Below the pieces are notes generated by a model. That model saw only the letters and a list, made by a program, of their open reading frames with translations. It was not told the DNA's origin and made no database searches. Positions 62,701-64,000 of a DNA stretch of 64,000 nt are shown piece after piece (the first letter of the stretch is position 1; each line of letters opens with the position of its first letter). The stretch is from Macrostomum lignano (taxonomy: Eukaryota). The position numbers were made by a program, and so were the translations under genes. The stretch lies in contig NIVC01000512.1 of NCBI GenBank assembly GCA_002269645.1, positions 14,472-78,471 of the forward strand, given 5' to 3'.

Positions 62701-64000
62701 GTGGAGGAGAATGGCGCAACGTGACACAGTGGTCATTTCTCGGAGACCTGAACGCAAGTTCTGCGTAGGTCCGAGCGATCGCTGTTTGTGACAGCGCGCG
62801 AGAACGGCAACACCGGAGCGCTAGAGACTTCCTGGAGAGACAGGACATGGTGTCGGCCAACACAGATTCGTCACCGCAAGCACCAGGGGCAGCTCGCGAC
62901 CTTCGTGGGCGCTGCAAGCAGGCGGCCGGAACGCGCGCGCGGCCGGAACGCTACGCGGAGGCTGGCACAGCTCGACCACGTGCTTTTGCGCTTTCGTGTG
63001 CGCGCCGCCGCGTCACCAACTGCCGCACCATTACGCCGCTGCTCTGCGGTCGACCATCGGCTGCTCATCTGCGACCTTCGGCTTCGGGACCCGCTCTACC
63101 GTCCGCCAAAGCGGCCCACCGCGCGCGCTACTACGCGCGCTCAGGACGCCGAGAGCGCGGCGTCACTTTGGCCGCGTGCCTTTGTCACTGCGCTGGGCGA
63201 CAAGCGTGGAGGAGCGAAGTACGCGGAGGTGAGCGCTGCAGTTCGAGCCGATGCGGAGCAAGCAGTCCGCTGATGCGACCGGCCAGCGGTCTGGCAGGAC
63301 GACCCGCGATCGACGAAGCGAGGGAAGATCTGGAGAGGCTCCGTCTGAGTGGGCGGCAAACTCGCGAGGAGGAGGAGGCTCTGGCGGCTGTCTACCTGCA
63401 GCGGCAGCAGCTCGCTGTCGATGACGCCATCCAAGCCGTCTCTGCCGCAGGGCCGATGCAGAGGGCGCGTGGCCTGGTCCGTCATCAACACTCTGGCGAA
63501 AGCGGCGCATCCGCGCTCAACCAGGCAGGCGACATTCCGGATGAGCGCAGGAACGAGCTGCGCGAGTTCTTCGCACGCCATTGTCAACGCGCCGCCCCTC
63601 CGCTTCCAGAAAATCTGTGGCTGCCGCCGGAGACGCCGTTGCCGGCGGAGGAGAGCTTCAAACGTTGCCCCAGTCAGCACAGCCGACGTTGTGAAGTTCG
63701 CTCGGCAGTCGCCTTGCGGCAAAGCGCCTTGGTCGACGGGAGGTGCCCACCGAGGCGCTGCGGATCCACTGCGTGGCCACTGAGGTCGCCAGAGTGATGA
63801 ACCGCGTGCTTTCCGGTGAGGTGGCGCCGAGCCGGGCACCACCAAGCTCGAGGAGCATCGAGGCATCTGCCTACAGTCCTCCCGCGCGAAGCTGTTCAAC
63901 CGCATGCTGCTATCGCGGTTACAGAACTGTGCTGGACCCGTACCTGTGGCCTGAGCAGAACGGATTCCGGCCCATCGCAGCACAGTGACGCAGATCCTGG
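62701..64000 (+). mobile_element. Degenerate RTE-like LINE ORF2 (APE endonuclease to start of RT), 5'-truncated, continues beyond the window
   Basis: DTVVI/LGDLNA, QLDHVLLR and DHRLLICDLRL (APE motifs) followed by PTEALR and LDPYLWPEQNGFRP (pre-RT motifs), with many frameshifts. Confidence 0.85.

Overview
Eukaryotic, intron-rich, very minisatellite-rich genomic DNA; about 25 tandem arrays cover roughly 20 kb (about 30%) of the window. The style suggests an invertebrate, plausibly the flatworm Macrostomum lignano (inference only). Nearly all very long ORFs in the six-frame track are artefacts of stop-free tandem repeats. Genes I could splice together by hand with consistent GT-AG phases: (1) a neuregulin/vein-like EGFR ligand (signal peptide, Cys-containing N-terminal domain, Ig, EGF split by an intron between Cys4 and Cys5, TM, polyQ tail; 2356-13441 +) with what look like two mutually exclusive stalk+TM exons; (2,3) two tandem, intronless, unrecognised ~480-500 aa paralogues with an N-myristoylation motif and a possible Cys zinc site (20990-22414, 27830-29329 +), each followed by a 50-bp array built from its own last codons and stop, and separated by a dead Ty3/Gypsy element; (4) a highly divergent ETS-domain gene (32379-34187 +); (5) an EHD1/RME-1/Past1 orthologue (37318-43611 +); (6) a fibronectin type II-repeat transmembrane protein with a PPPY motif and one frameshift (54618-57786 -). 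Also present: a Harbinger-like MITE, a fragment of an I/Loa-like non-LTR element and a degenerate RTE-like LINE running off the right end. The most interesting signals are the alternative TM exons, the orphan myristoylated gene pair, and a recurring pattern in which minisatellite units resemble the adjacent exon end, splice donor or stop codon.
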